Source: Azolla caroliniana (taxonomy: Eukaryota; Plantae; Polypodiophyta). From it: DNA of 64,000 nucleotides. The notes below the pieces were generated by a model, which saw only the letters and a list, made by a program, of their open reading frames with translations, did not search any database and was not told the origin of the DNA. Shown here in pieces: positions 51,593-64,000 of the stretch. The translations under genes and the position numbers were made by a program. Within the stretch, counting starts at the first letter, position 1. The number at the start of each line of letters is the position of its first letter. The DNA is taken from NCBI GenBank assembly GCA_043228905.1, contig JBHGNT010000009.1:20770001-20834000 (forward strand), read 5' to 3'.

Positions 51593-54243
51593 AATATATC
51601 TTTCTTTCTTTCTTTCTTCTTTCTGTCTCTCTCGGGTACTCTATGTATTCCCTAATCTCTTTGTTTTTCTAACGCTTTCGCAAGTAATCGTTTACATGGT
51701 ATCAGAGCGCGAGGGTTGAGAACCTCCTCTGCAACCAACAAACGCTTGAAAGCAAACCCTAATAGGTCGTAAAACAGAAGACAGAGAAGTGATGGATAGA
51801 GGGATGGTTGGTTCGCTCCCTGTGGAGAAACTCAACAGATCCAACTATGCATCTTGGTCATATTAGATGCACCAGTACATGCTTGAGCACTACAGCCCGG
51901 ACTTAGCTGCAACTCTAACAGGAGTTGAGCAATGTTCGACAGAAGGACATGTCGGTGGCGGATTACACAGCTCGGATCAAAGAGATCTGTGACTTGCTTG
52001 CCTCTTTCAACGTTACCGTAGAGGAAGACGAGATGGTACAGGTCTGTCTTGGGGGCCTGGCATCTAAGTTCAGAGCGTTCCGAACAGCGGTATGTACAAG
52101 GGAGAATACACCGTCATTTTTCGACTTACAGTCGATGCTCCTTGTAGAGGAGAACCACGCCGGTGCGTCAACTAGCGCACCCACTGACAATCGGATGCTG
52201 TACACGGAGGCGGATCGGTCCCGTGGGCGTGGTGGACGAGGCGGGTCAGCACGCAATGGAGGCGGCCGACAAGAGCAAGAACGAAGGCACAGAGAACATG
52301 CCGACAACAGTTCCAGGACCTCCACAGGCAGGGGGAGTCAAGGTGGTGCCAGTGGCCGGTAAGAGAAATCTGCAACGGAATGCTGGTACTGTGGCAAAAA
52401 GGGCCACAGAGAAAGCGAGTGCTGGAGAAAACGCACCGATTCAGACAAATCCGAATCAGGCAAGGATGACCGGCAAAGCTCGCACTACGCGAAGGGATCG
52501 GGAGGATCCAAGAATGGTAACGGGCCAGCCTTGGTGATGAAGCACGAGGCGAACTCGATGAAGAAGACCACTTCCAAATCAGAGGAAGTGTGGTATGTTG
52601 ATTTCGGTGCGTTGAACCACATGACGAACCACAAAGAGTGGTTCTCCTTTTTGGAGAAACCGGATCAACCACCAGTAGTCGAAACCGGAGATGACACTCC
52701 TCACCCAATTGTGCACGTCGGAGAAGTCCCTTTGAGCCACGTTGGATAGAAGGGGAAGCTGATGAATGTATTACCCGTTCTGACGATCACGAAGAACATG
52801 GTGTCAGTCAGACAAATTGTCGACTAAGGGATGCAAGTGCGGTTTACGCACCTCGGGTGCTTCATCGAGGAAGAGGGCTAGATTATTGCGCAAGGGCGCA
52901 GAGACGGGAGGATGTTTATCCTCGACACCAATGACGTCGGCACTGCTCTGTTTGCAAAAGGACAGAAGGTCGAATCGGACATTGACCTGTGGCACAAGCG
53001 GATAGCCCACGTCAATTACCGGAGGCTTCAAGACCTGCAAATGAAACAAGTTGTTTTCGGTTTGCCGAAGTTTACCGGTCGGAAGGCCCAAGTATGTGAA
53101 GCCTGCCAACTCGGGAAGCAACACCGGCTTCCATTCCCCACCGAACGTAACCGGAGTCGTAACAAGATCGACCTTATCCATTCGGATGTGTGGGGACCGA
53201 CACAGAATGTTAGTCTTGGCGGGAGTTGATATTTCGTCTCCTTCATCGACGACTATACGCGGCACACATGGATCTACCTCATTGAGCGGAAGAGTGAAGT
53301 CTTCGAGTGTTTCTGGAGTCTCCAAAGCACAGTGGAACGAGAATCGGAGAGGAAGATCAAATGCCTGCGGTCGGATGGCGGAAAAGAGTACTTTTCCGGC
53401 CAATTCAACAGCTATCTGTAGCAAAAGGGAATTCGGCGAGAGTTCAACTGTAGATACACACCGCGACAGAATAGTGTTGCCGAAAGGAAGAACCGGTCGC
53501 TTATTGATGTGGCAAGGGCAATGCTGGAGGAGAAGAGCATGCCCAAATTCTATTGGGCGGAGGCAGTCCGAACAGCTATCTACATCCAGAACCGGATCGG
53601 TGACAAGGTGTCAGCTCATGAGCTGTATTTCGGATGCAAGCCGAATTTGAGACACCTTAAGATCTTCGGTAGCATTGCATATGTGCATGTACCGGATGAG
53701 AAGCGGAGGAAGCTGGATGCAAAATCGGAAAAATGCATCCTAGTCGGCTATGCTCAAGAGCAAAAGGGTTATAAGTGTTATAACCCCCAGACAAAGTAGG
53801 TCCAAGTTAGTCGAGATGTCGAGTTTGATGAATCGACATCGTGGTACTCCTTACTGACTCCGACTTCCGAATCTGACCTGATGCCGGTGGATGAGGCTAG
53901 TGATCCTGAACCGGCCCAGGTAGAGGATGATAAAGCGTGAACTCAGGATGAGAATCCGGAATCGTTTCGGTTGAGTGGGTCAAACGAGAGATTGAGTCAA
54001 TCTGACCAGTCCGATGAGGAACCAACGAGTAGTGGAGACTCTGTCATGCACTCCCCACGCAAGGAACTGAGGCGACGGTTCACACGCAAAGAGAAGGGGA
54101 AGAAGAAGATGCCGGAATTTGAAACCGGCAACGATGAGTTGGATTAGTGTGCATCCGACTCTGGCAAGGAGAAAGGCAGATTTTCAGCTACGAAGACCGA
54201 ACCGGCCAAGAAGGGCCTCAAACCGGGTAACAGTGAGTTACGT

Positions 54244-54572
54244 TGTCGTGCCTTTCGGCTCCAAATCGGTGCGTGAGTCGGGTGGGAACCGCCGAGGTTT
54301 TGGACTAGGAGGAAGAAAAATACAAATAAGGCTAGTAAAGAATAGGTATAAAGAGTTATAAGATAAGAATCTTGTGAATCCCACGAGTTTAGTATATTTA
54401 GTCAATATTTAGGTAGTAAGAGAGAATTATTTTAGCAAATTCGTGAATCCCACGAATATTTTAGATTGATTGATCATTATAGAAAAAAAAATCAACAAAA
54501 AATACAATATGTATCTAAAATAAGATATATTATTTTATGGTTTTCACGTAGTGTGTGGAATACACTACGACA
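54244..54572. mobile_element. Solo LTR with 4-bp TSD inside the copia pol linker
   Basis: TGTCGT...ACGACA termini; ACGT at 54240-54243 and 54573-54576. Removal restores ELRRST. Confidence 0.88.
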
Positions 54573-57253
54573 ACGTCGGTCCACCCGCCAGAAGGATCCC
54601 GTCAAGCGGTACAGGTACAATGAGTACATGGCGCATCACTATGCGTACATGACGAAGGTGGCGGAAGTGCGTGAGCCGGAGAGCTACGGAGAAGCGGCCA
54701 AGGACGCAAATTGGCATGCCGCTATGGAAGAAGAAATGCGGGCACTTGATGTCAACAAGACATGGGACCTGGTTGACCCTCCTCGTCACTGTAAACCGAT
54801 CGGATGCAAGTGGATATACAAGGTAAAGTACAACGCCGACGGTTCTGTTAACCGGTATAAAGCCCGGTTAGTGGCGAAGGGATACGCGCAGACCCACAGA
54901 ATCGACTACGACAAGACCTTCACTCCGGTAGCGAAGATGATGACGGTTCGTGTGGTGCTGGCGGTTGTTGCAGCAAGGGGGTGGCATTTTCACCAGATGG
55001 ATGTGAAGAATGCGTTTCTTCAGGGTGATCTTGAAGAAGAAGTCTTTATGACTCAGCCCCCCGGCTTTGAATCGAAGATGAAAAAGTCAGCGGTATGTCA
55101 GCTGAAGAAGTCGTTGTACGGCCTGAAGCAAGCCCCTCGAGCTTGGAATGCGAAGATCACGCACCCGGTTGCGTAAGATGGGTTTTGTGGCCTCCAAATC
55201 GAACTCTTCATTGTTCATCCGGCAAGGCTCAGCCGATCCGGTATGTATACTGCTGTATGTTGATGATCTAGTCATCACCGGACCAGGAGTTCCAGAAATC
55301 AACCGCATCAAGTCCCAGTTGTCGGACACATTTGAGATGAAGGATCTGGGGGACCTTCATTATTTTCTAGGGATCGAGGTGATCCGAACCCCGGACGACA
55401 TATTGCTCTCACAACGACATTACATCTTGAATATGTTGTACAAGTTCGGCATGACAAAATGCTGACCTGTCTCCACACCCTTGGACCGCAACCAGAAGCT
55501 TCGTCCCAACTCCGGATCGGCCTGGAATGAGCAACGGTTCCGATAGATTGTCGGAAGCCTTATTTACTTGACTATCACATGACCCGACATCAGCTATCCG
55601 GTCGGAATGATAAGTCAATTCATGTAGAAGCTGACCGTGGAGCACCTTTAGTGCGCGCAAAGGATATTGCGGTATGTCAACGGCACGAAGGACCGGGGAC
55701 TGTTATACCGGCGCGGTATATACCCGAAGAGCTCATCGGTTACACGGATGCCGACTGGGCCGGAAATGCATCAGATCACCGATCAACCTCCGGTTACATG
55801 TTTTCCCTAGGTAGCGCGGTTGTTGCGTGGAGCAACAAGAAGCAGCCAACAGTTGCTCTGTCGAGCACTGAGGCTGAGTATCGGGGCGCTACCATTGCCA
55901 CCTGTGAAGCCATCTGGCTTCGGCGACTACTACAAGACCTACGGATCGAGGTACTGACCCCGATTCTGGTCTACTACGACAACATAAGCAGCATGCAACT
56001 CGCCAAGAACCCCATATTCCATGCTTGCACAAAGCACATAGAAGTGCACTATCACTTCGTGCGTGAGCGTGTCCTGAGCGGTGAGGTTGAACTTCGGTAT
56101 GTTCACACGGATCGGCAAGTTGCCGACATCTTCACCAAACCACTCGAATCGGACAAGTTGCAGCACTTCACCGAAATGCTTGGTGTTCAGCATCTCGACG
56201 TGCCACACTTGAGGGGGAGAACAGGCAAAGACATCGGAACGGGCAAAGGCAAAGAGACTGCCGATTGTGCTAGTGAGGGAAGAACAGGGGGCGGCAAAGT
56301 CAAGAAGGACAAAGCCAACCGAAGGAAGAAGGCCAAGACCTAGACATGGTCCGATGTGGTGAAGGGCTTGGAACCAGAAGACGAATCGGGAGCAACCGAT
56401 TCCGACAAGAGCTGGAACGAATCGGAGACATTCGATTCGGTTCAAAAGACAGATTTGGAAGAACCGGATCAATTCAAGGCCAAGCAGACACGGATGCAGC
56501 GGAAGTCGATGCCATCGCGGAGGAACCGACGGATCGGCAAGCGCCGAAGTCATAGCAGCGAAGGAGCTGAGAGGGGCCTATTGAGCAGACATACCGACCG
56601 AGAAGGTCGAGGCGCGCAGAACCAGAAGGGTTGCGACAAACGGGACCAGACCGGACGAGGAGCGCGAGCAAGGCGGAGTGACGCCAAGAGAAGTTGGTTG
56701 GAAGAACCGATTGCCACAGAAACTGACACCAGGATCCAACCTCAATTTGAGCTTGAGGGGGAGTGTTGAGTGGCAAGCTCAACTGGAGCCGGATCGACTG
56801 AATTAGCCTGAGCCAGCAAGTGAGACGGATCGGTAAGCCGGCAAGCAACAGAGTCGATGAGTTGGGGAGCCGATTAGCCGGGTCCAATCGGTAACCGGAA
56901 GCCTAGTATTAGTTTAGACTACTAGGCAATTATAGTCTCGTAGTAAGTGTCAAAAGCTCGTGTGAGCATTGAAGTATGCGATACTTCTGTCAATCCCATG
57001 AGGACTTGTATAAATAGTGTTACTGAGCACAATTGTAAGTACAGAGTGTTTTATATATTTTTGAATATAGCTTTGAGGTTTTGCTCTCTCTGTCTCTCTC
57101 GGGTACTCTGTGTATTCCCTACTTTCTCTGTTTTTCTAACGCTTCCGCAAGTAATCGTTGTTTACAATTCCTAGCTAAAGGTTCATGGTTCAAATTAAGT
57201 ATGGCAATGTAGCGTGATTTAAGGAATTTTATTCGTTTTACATTGAAGATGAA

Positions 57254-58380
57254 TGTGGCGACCCCCCTTCCTTTTTTTCCTATAAAAGAAAGTCAAGGGG
57301 GGCTCATATTGGAGATGGGAGGAGGAGACTATAGCCATTTTTCTTTGGGACCTCTTCATCTTCATCTTCACCATTTTTCTTCATCTCATACCCCTTTATC
57401 CCCTCATCCCCACATGCTTGTCTTCTTCGTGTTGATGCTCGAAGTGATCAAGTCGTTTACGGTGCTCGTGAGCTCGAGCCTCGTTGGTTTGGTGTTGCTC
57501 CCTTGTTCGTCGTTGCGAGCCCATGTGCTCACCGTTTGGGTGTTCGTGGTTCATTGGGGTCGGCTATTTTGGGTTTTAGAGGTAGACCTTTAGGGTTTGG
57601 AGATTTATCTTTTTCTCTTTAATTTCTAGGGTTTTGGGGAGGGCACCATTAGGGTTTCCTTGTTTTCTTTTCTTCTACTTACTATTGGGTTTAGAGCTAA
57701 TGAGTTCTTTCTCATCTTCTTCTAGCTAGAGTTTAGGGTTTAAATGATACATCTTCCTCTTCTTGGTCATTCAGAGGTTCTTATGTGTTCTTGATCTCTC
57801 TCATATACACTCTCATCTTTGAGGTGTGTTTGTGGCCTTGTGTTGGTGTTGGCGCTCGAGGTGCTCAGGTCGTTTGTGGAGCTCGTGATCCCGAGGCTCG
57901 TTGGTCCGGCGTTGCGTCGTCCCCGTTCGTCATTACGAGCCTGTGTGCTTGTTGTTCAAGTGGTTCTCGGTTCATCGTGTTGGTGCCCGCGTTCGTCCTT
58001 GCAAGTCCATGAGCTCGCCGTTCGCGTGGTTCGAGGTTCATGGTGTTAGTGCGATCAGCTCTCATTGTACATGGTTCTCAGTTCGTGTGGTGTGCTCGTG
58101 CTCTCGTTGTATTTGAGGTTACGCTTGGTGTGCTCGTGTTTGGTGGTCACCGTCGTCACGGATTCCCATCTCTGTCCCTCTCTATTGCACCACTCTTGTT
58201 TGTCTAGCATAGTCGAGACCGGCCTAAGCGTCGTCATTGTAAATGTGTTGTGGCTTTGGGCCTTGTATAAAGAAATTATTTTGGCATATATTGTGGTGTC
58301 TAGATCTCAGCTTCTTTTGTTCTTGTCATGTCGGATGTGGAGTCATCTTTTTTTGTGTTCGGAAGCATTCTCGTTGAAGT
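57254..58380. mobile_element. LTR-like non-coding block (right end uncertain)
   Basis: Starts TGTGGCGACCCC; GT-rich composition with TAGGGTTT motifs, differing from its flanks. No TSD found. Confidence 0.4.
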
Positions 58381-59361
58381 CCTAGAGTCGGAAGGCCCTC
58401 GGTGTTTTGTGTTTGTGTGGGAATTGTCGGCCGTGAACCGACATGGTAGAGGGGCCGAAACTGAACTCGACGAGTATCAAGCTTGCGAAGCCCTAAGATG
58501 TAAGCTCCTCCTTTTCTCCTTCTCCCTACTCCGCGACCCCCATGGTCCTGCCCAAACAACACGCACGCAAAACTTTGTGACAACGTAAGCAACAAGGGAG
58601 AATAAGGATTCCATCGGAATTGTTTACAAAATCCATAATTACTGAATAAGTTATGCATATATGGAGACAAACTTTATTGTAAATTGGAGATGTGGAAGAT
58701 AATGTGGTCTTGGCCATATCACATGTATTAGTAGTTTCTAAATCTTTTGGACACAAGGGAAAAGGGAAAGATATACACAGAAAATTATCAATATGCGTCA
58801 TGCCTTGACATCGTTGCAACATTTTCAAGAAAGGGATCCATTGTGTGAATGGCGACAAATGCTTTACATAATGCGAAATGGGAATTAAGAAATATTGAGG
58901 ACAACATTTTACAACCTCACTGTCAAGCTTCTGCTTCAAAATGGACACAAGTAGGTGACAGAGTAAACAAGACATTTTTTTCCCAAGTTGCACCGAAATG
59001 GTCGGCAGTAGGGATTAAACAACTAAGGAGAGAAGATGGCTCCTTAACAGAAGATCAGTCAGAAATTGTACAAATTGCTACTACTTATTATGCTAAATTA
59101 TTGTCTGGTCAAGTTGCTACCGAATCTGTTCACACAAGTAGGAAATGTGTGTGGGACAAAATTAAGCCTAAAGTCACAAATGAAATGAAGGTTGCATTAC
59201 TTAAGCCCTTTGACAGTATGGAAATACATAATGCACTTAGAGCTTTAAGGACTCTTATGTCTTGTCCAGCGGAGGATGGAATTACTCCACATTTTTTCCT
59301 CAAATATTGGGAATATATTGGGGAAGACTTAACAAAAGTGTAAAATATCGGATATGATTCT

Positions 59362-62300
59362 TGTGAAGCAGAAGAGATGTGAGTTATGTGTGTGTATGAG
59401 AGAGAGAGAGAGTGAGAGAGACAAGGAGTAAGACACAAAGACTACGCAAGGTAAAAGTATATTAACAAAGGAGAAAAACTAAACACAAGGTGGGAGGAGG
59501 GTGCTTTATATAGTCACCCTCTCTCTTCATTAACTACAAGACTCATGGAGCATGGGAATGTGAAAGCTCATAAGTTATGTGTCATAGAATATGATTCTAT
59601 GACTCATACTAAATGCTAGAATACAAAGAGGTGACATAATGGTGACTCTTGACCGTTGGAGTGTCTATTTGACACTCTCAAGGTGAGTTCACACACTAGA
59701 CCAAGTTGAGCTTGATTCTCAACACGCCCCCTCAAGCTCAAGTTGGGTTGGTTTCAGACGGTATCCGAAATCCGCTTCGACTCGCGTTCCAGAGTCCGCG
59801 TCGACTCGCATTTATGCGGAGTTACGGAATCTGTGCTCCAGCTTGCGTTGTGCGTAGTTGCGAAGTCTATGCTTCGGCTTGCGTCTTTCTTCGCGGCTTT
59901 GTTGTGCGGTTGCGTAATCCATGCATTATTGCGTAGTATGCGCGGTTTGCAAAATCCACGCGTTATTGCGTAATGTCTTCAATACTCCCCCTCAAGCTTG
60001 GCAGGTCAAGGATTGTCAATCCGAGATCGGTCATGAATTGCCATAGCTTGTCGGCTCCTAAGGCTTTAGTGAAGATGTCGGTCGTTTGAAGATTGATGCT
60101 AATGTGTTGTAGGTTGACATTGCCAACTAGAACGCGCTCTTGGATGAAGTGATAGTGCACTTCGATGTGCTTTGTCCGCGCGTGGAACACCGGGTTCCGA
60201 GCCAGATAGATACTGCTCATGTTGTCGCAGTAAAGGGAAGTCGGATCCTTCATGGGTATGCCCAGATCCTTGAGTATCCTTTTGAGCCATATGGCTTCCC
60301 ATGCAGCCACTACCGCGCCCCTGTATTCCGCCTCTGTGCTCGAAAGAGCGACAATTGGTTGCTTTTTGCTGCTCTAGGATATTGCTCTGCTGCCGAGGGA
60401 GAAAACAAATCTGGAGGTTGATCTTCTATCGACTTTGTAGCCGGCCCAATCGGCGTCTGTGTACCCCTCGAGTCGTATTGGCATCGGGGTCTTGTAGAGG
60501 ATGCCGCAATCCATTGTGCCGCTCACGTATCGTAGAACTCGCTTAACGCAATCCAAGTGAGTATCACGTGGTGTTTGCATGAATTGACTAAGGAGACCGA
60601 CCGGATAACTGAGATCGGGTCGAGTGATCGTGAGGTAGATGAGACTCCCGTTGAGTTGCCGATACTAAGTCGGCTCACACGCTTTGGTGCCGGAGTTCGC
60701 ATCCAGTTTGAGATTGTGATCGAGCGGGGTTGCCACGGATTTGCACTCAGCCATCCCAAACTTGTATAACAAGTTGAGGATGTAGTGTCGTTGAGAGATC
60801 ATCATTTCGGCCGGAATCCGAATTACTTCGATGCCGAGGAAGTAGTGGAGCTCCAATGACTAGGTCATCTCCAATGACTAGGTCATCCACATATAAGATG
60901 ATGACGATCGGACTGGCGGAATCGCTTCCTATGTAGAGGGAGTTGTCTGAGTTTGACTTACGGAAGCCGATTTGATGAAGATATTGTGTTATCTTCGAAT
61001 GCCAACCACGCGATGCTTTCTTGATGCCATAGAGTGGCTTCTTGAGTCGCGATACAACTTTTGGATGGGTGCTCGAGTTGAAGCCGGGTGGTTGTATCAT
61101 GTACACCTCCTCTTCCAATTCGCCTTGTAAAAAGGTGTTCTTAACGTCCATTTGATGGAGGTGCCACCCTTTCGCCGCGGCAAGCGCAATTACGGTCTGT
61201 ACAGTCGTCATCTTTGCCACTGGGGCAAAAGTCTCTTCGTAGTCAACTCCATGCGTTTGTGCGTAGCCTTTCGCTACGAGTCGCGCTTTGTAGCGGTTCA
61301 CAGAACCACCAGCGTTGTACTTCACTTTGTAAATCCATCTGCATCCGATCGCCTTTTTGTGTGGTGAGGGAACGAGATCCCACGTCTCGTTCTTGCGTAG
61401 TGCCTACATCTCCTCGTTCATGGCTTCGATCCATCGCGGATCCTTGGCTGCTTCAGAGAATGTTTCCAGCTCGCGTACTGTTGCCACCTTCATCATAAAG
61501 GCATAGATAGTGATATGCCATGTAGTCGTTGTAGCCGAATCGGCTGACCGGATTCTTTTCATGGGTGGAGCGACGGAGCTTTTCATTTGCAAAGATGAGG
61601 GCTTTCTTAGCTCTGATTAGTACATCGAAGACGCCTAACTAACTGACGAGTGAGTGAGTCGATTCATCGTCGTCGAAGCAATCGTCTTCGTAGTCCGACA
61701 TTTTCGCCTGGCCTTGGTCCATCTTCGGGATAGGTCATGATGTGCTTTGATCGCTCAAAGGCTCTTGTGGTCCGCTCAGTTGGGTCGTGATCGGACTTTC
61801 TTCGAACATGCGTGTAAGGCAATCTTCATCCTCTATCTCTTGTTCGGCGGATTCCGGGTCGAGCGGAGTCGGAGTCGGAGTCGGAGTTGTCTCTGGTGCA
61901 TACCAGGATGCGGACTCGTCAAACACGACATCTCGACTTACTCGAGATTTTTGAGTTGAGCGGTTGTAGCACTTGTACCCCTTTTTTTCCAGTGAGTATC
62001 CTACGAGGATACATTTCTCCGACTTCGGGTCAACCTTTTGACGTTTCTCGTCGGGGATGTGCACATACGCTATCGCGCCGAATATCTGGGTGTTCGATAA
62101 GTCCGGATTCTTTCCGAAGTATTTTTCATGCGGAGTGACCTCGTGCACGCCGGATGTTGTGCATCGGTTCATTAGGTAGACGGCCGTATTTGGAGCTTCA
62201 GCCCATTATGACTTCCTGGCATATGCTTCTCGTTCATCATGGCCCGTGCTACTTCGAGGATGTGCCGATTTTTGCGCTCGGCTACTCCGTTTTGTTGCGG

Positions 62301-64000
62301 AGTGTGTCGACAAGTGAATTCTCGCCGAATTCCTTCCTTTTGGAGATACGTCGTGAAATCATCCGAGAAGTACTCCTTGCCGCCATCCGATCGAAGACAA
62401 CGTACATGTCGGCCCGTGGCTTTCTCGACTTCATTCTTGAATGTTTGGAAGTGTCCAAACACTTCGCTCTTTTGCCGCATCGGGTAGATCGAAGTGTGCT
62501 TGGAGAAGTCGTCGATGAAGAGCACGTAATATCGGCATCCGCCGAATGTAGCCGTCTGCGTCGGTCCCCATACGTCGGAATGGACTACGTCGAGTAGACT
62601 TTTGCTCACGTTCCGCTCTTTCGTGAATGGGTGTCGGTGTTGCTTGCCGAATTGGCACGCTTCGCATACACCTTCAATCTCCTTCTCTTTGAATGTCAGG
62701 AGTCTGATGAAGACTCCTTTCGATTTCATTGCTTTGAGTTTGTTGAGATTGATGTGGCCGATTCGCTTGTGCCACAGCTCTATGTCGGAGTTGGATTTCA
62801 TGCCCTTTGCGAACATGGCCGATTTCATCTCGTGTGAGTCGAGAATGAATATTTGGCCCTCTCTTCGTCCGTGTGCGATGAGTCGGCCCTCTTTTTCGAT
62901 GAAGCAACCGCCTTGATTAAATCGAACTTGCATCCTTTTCTCTACAATTTGGCCGACGGAGACCAAATTCTTCGTAATGGTCGGTACATGCAAGACATTT
63001 TTAATGTAATTTTGCTTACCTTCTTTTCCGAACGGAACATTGCCGATGTGCCGAATCGGGTGCGTAGTGTTGTCTCCGGTTTCGACATAGCCGGGTCAGT
63101 CTGGCTCTCGAAGTTCTCGGAACCATTCTTGATGCGATGTCATATGGTTCGAGGCACCGGAATAGACGAACCATACATCTTCCGGACCGGAGGCACTAGT
63201 TGAGGTAGAGGCTGACATAGAGTTTACTCTATGTTTCATCATGAACATTCTGCCACGGTCGGAGTTTTGCCCATACTTTCCGCTATACTCTTCGTAGTCA
63301 GAATTGTGCGCGTAATTCGTGAGTTGTCGGCTTGTGGAAGCCGTTTCACACATCTTCTTTCGGCACTCTTCTTCGTGGTGGCCGAGCTTTCCGCAATATC
63401 CGCATTCAGTTGCGTTTTGACGGCTCGGGCCGGAGTGGAACCTCCCCCTTCTTGTGAAGGTTCCTCGTTGGCTTCCGTTTTGCGGCCGAAATTGGGAGTT
63501 GTTGTCATAGGTCAAACCTCCTCCGCCTTGTCCTTGGCCGAATCGGCCTCTCGCTCGTCCGCGTCCTCTTCCTCCGTTCGAGTGTGTGTAGAGCATGTGG
63601 CCTTCCGACTCGTTGCTCCTTGTACGCACATGGTTTTCTTCGACTAATAGCATTGATTGGAGCTCGAAGAAGGAGGGAGATTTCTCCCTTGCTAGAACGG
63701 CGGTTCGCATCGCGCCGAACCGTGGTGCGAGGCCGCTGAGGCATATTTGCACCATCTCATCATCATCTATACTTACGTTTATCGAGCCGAGCGAGTCGCA
63801 AAGCTCATTGATCTTCGAGGTGTATGTCGTGATGGACATGCCCCTTTGTTGAATGTTGTTCAACTCTTGGCGGAGTTGAAGCCTTCTTGCGGTTGTGTTT
63901 GCCGCGAAAATCTTTCGTAGATTTTCCCATGCCTCCTTCGGCGTCTTGGCTTCGCGAATGTAGCCGAGCATGTGATCATGAACACATGTCACCGAGCAAT
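59362..64000 (-). mobile_element. Second Ty1/copia element (3' LTR plus gag-pol; continues beyond the window)
   Basis: LTR 59362-59724, with PPT TTGAGGGGGCG on the minus strand. gag UBN2/CCHC (CGYCGKLGHHEEEC), protease (SGASNHMT), IN (HSDVWGP, TPQQNGVAERKNR), RT ([13 protein letters not shown]), RH (YTDADWAG, TKHIEVHYHF). Related to the copia at 47379. Confidence 0.95.

Larger units (their letters stand above)
47379..57166 (+). mobile_element. Ty1/copia LTR retrotransposon, complete but defective
   Basis: TSD ATTCC at 47374-47378 and 57167-57171. 5' LTR 47379-51696 (interrupted twice), 3' LTR 56764-57166. PBS TGGTATCAGAGC at 51697 (tRNA-iMet). PPT TGAGGGGGAG. gag CCHC, GAG-pre-integrase [33 protein letters not shown], RNase H YTDADWAG/KHIEV. 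Many stops. Confidence 0.95.
47099..58582. mobile_element. Solo-LTR-like element in the L1, itself split by the copia and a further LTR-like block
   Basis: Termini TGTCGTGA / TTGTGACA are CpG-decay products of TGTCGCGA/TCGCGACA. L1 coding sequence stops and resumes at these points. Confidence 0.55.
44430..59361 (+). mobile_element. Decayed L1-type LINE acting as the base of a TE nest (pieces at ~44430-46397, 46823-47098, 58583-59361)
   Basis: ORF1 relic with RRM and CCHC-like motif (LPNQCF..MGHLSKEC). ORF2 from 45923: MKIISWSVQGLGG, LQEHHL, NLYAPN, GDFNM, SRIDRIY. Resumes at 58583 with GDRVNKTFF and CPAEDGITPHFF. Same family type as 4823-9469. Confidence 0.85.

Overview
Repeat-rich nuclear DNA from a non-seed vascular plant, probably a fern or lycophyte. 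The evidence is a plastid chlL fragment and a mitochondrial nad5 fragment that carries many unedited codons and a group II intron start at about the nad5i1242 site. There are five host genes: Nup50-like (5' part, minus strand), dapF (10 exons, minus), RPS25 (minus) arranged head-to-head with RPL9 (plus), and the meiotic kleisin REC8/SYN1 (20 coding exons, plus). The rest is nested transposons. An RTE-X-like LINE sits in a (GA)n tract and carries an L1/Tx1-type LINE with a 20-bp TSD. A decayed gypsy element with locally amplified segments lies in a dapF intron. From about 44.4 kb there is a nest: L1 > solo LTR > copia > three-LTR non-coding element and a further solo LTR, followed by a second copia. 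Two structures stand out. (1) An array of (GA)n-separated modules at 2.0-13.1 kb: six copies of a ~200-bp element made of two convergent tRNA-like heads, two copies of an unidentified 110-bp module, a chlL piece and the RTE-X, all with the same polarity. (2) A non-coding tandem LTR element whose primer-binding site is complementary to its own predicted transcript 5' end (Tf1-like self-priming). All calls were made by eye without database searches; exon boundaries were checked for GT-AG and reading frame.
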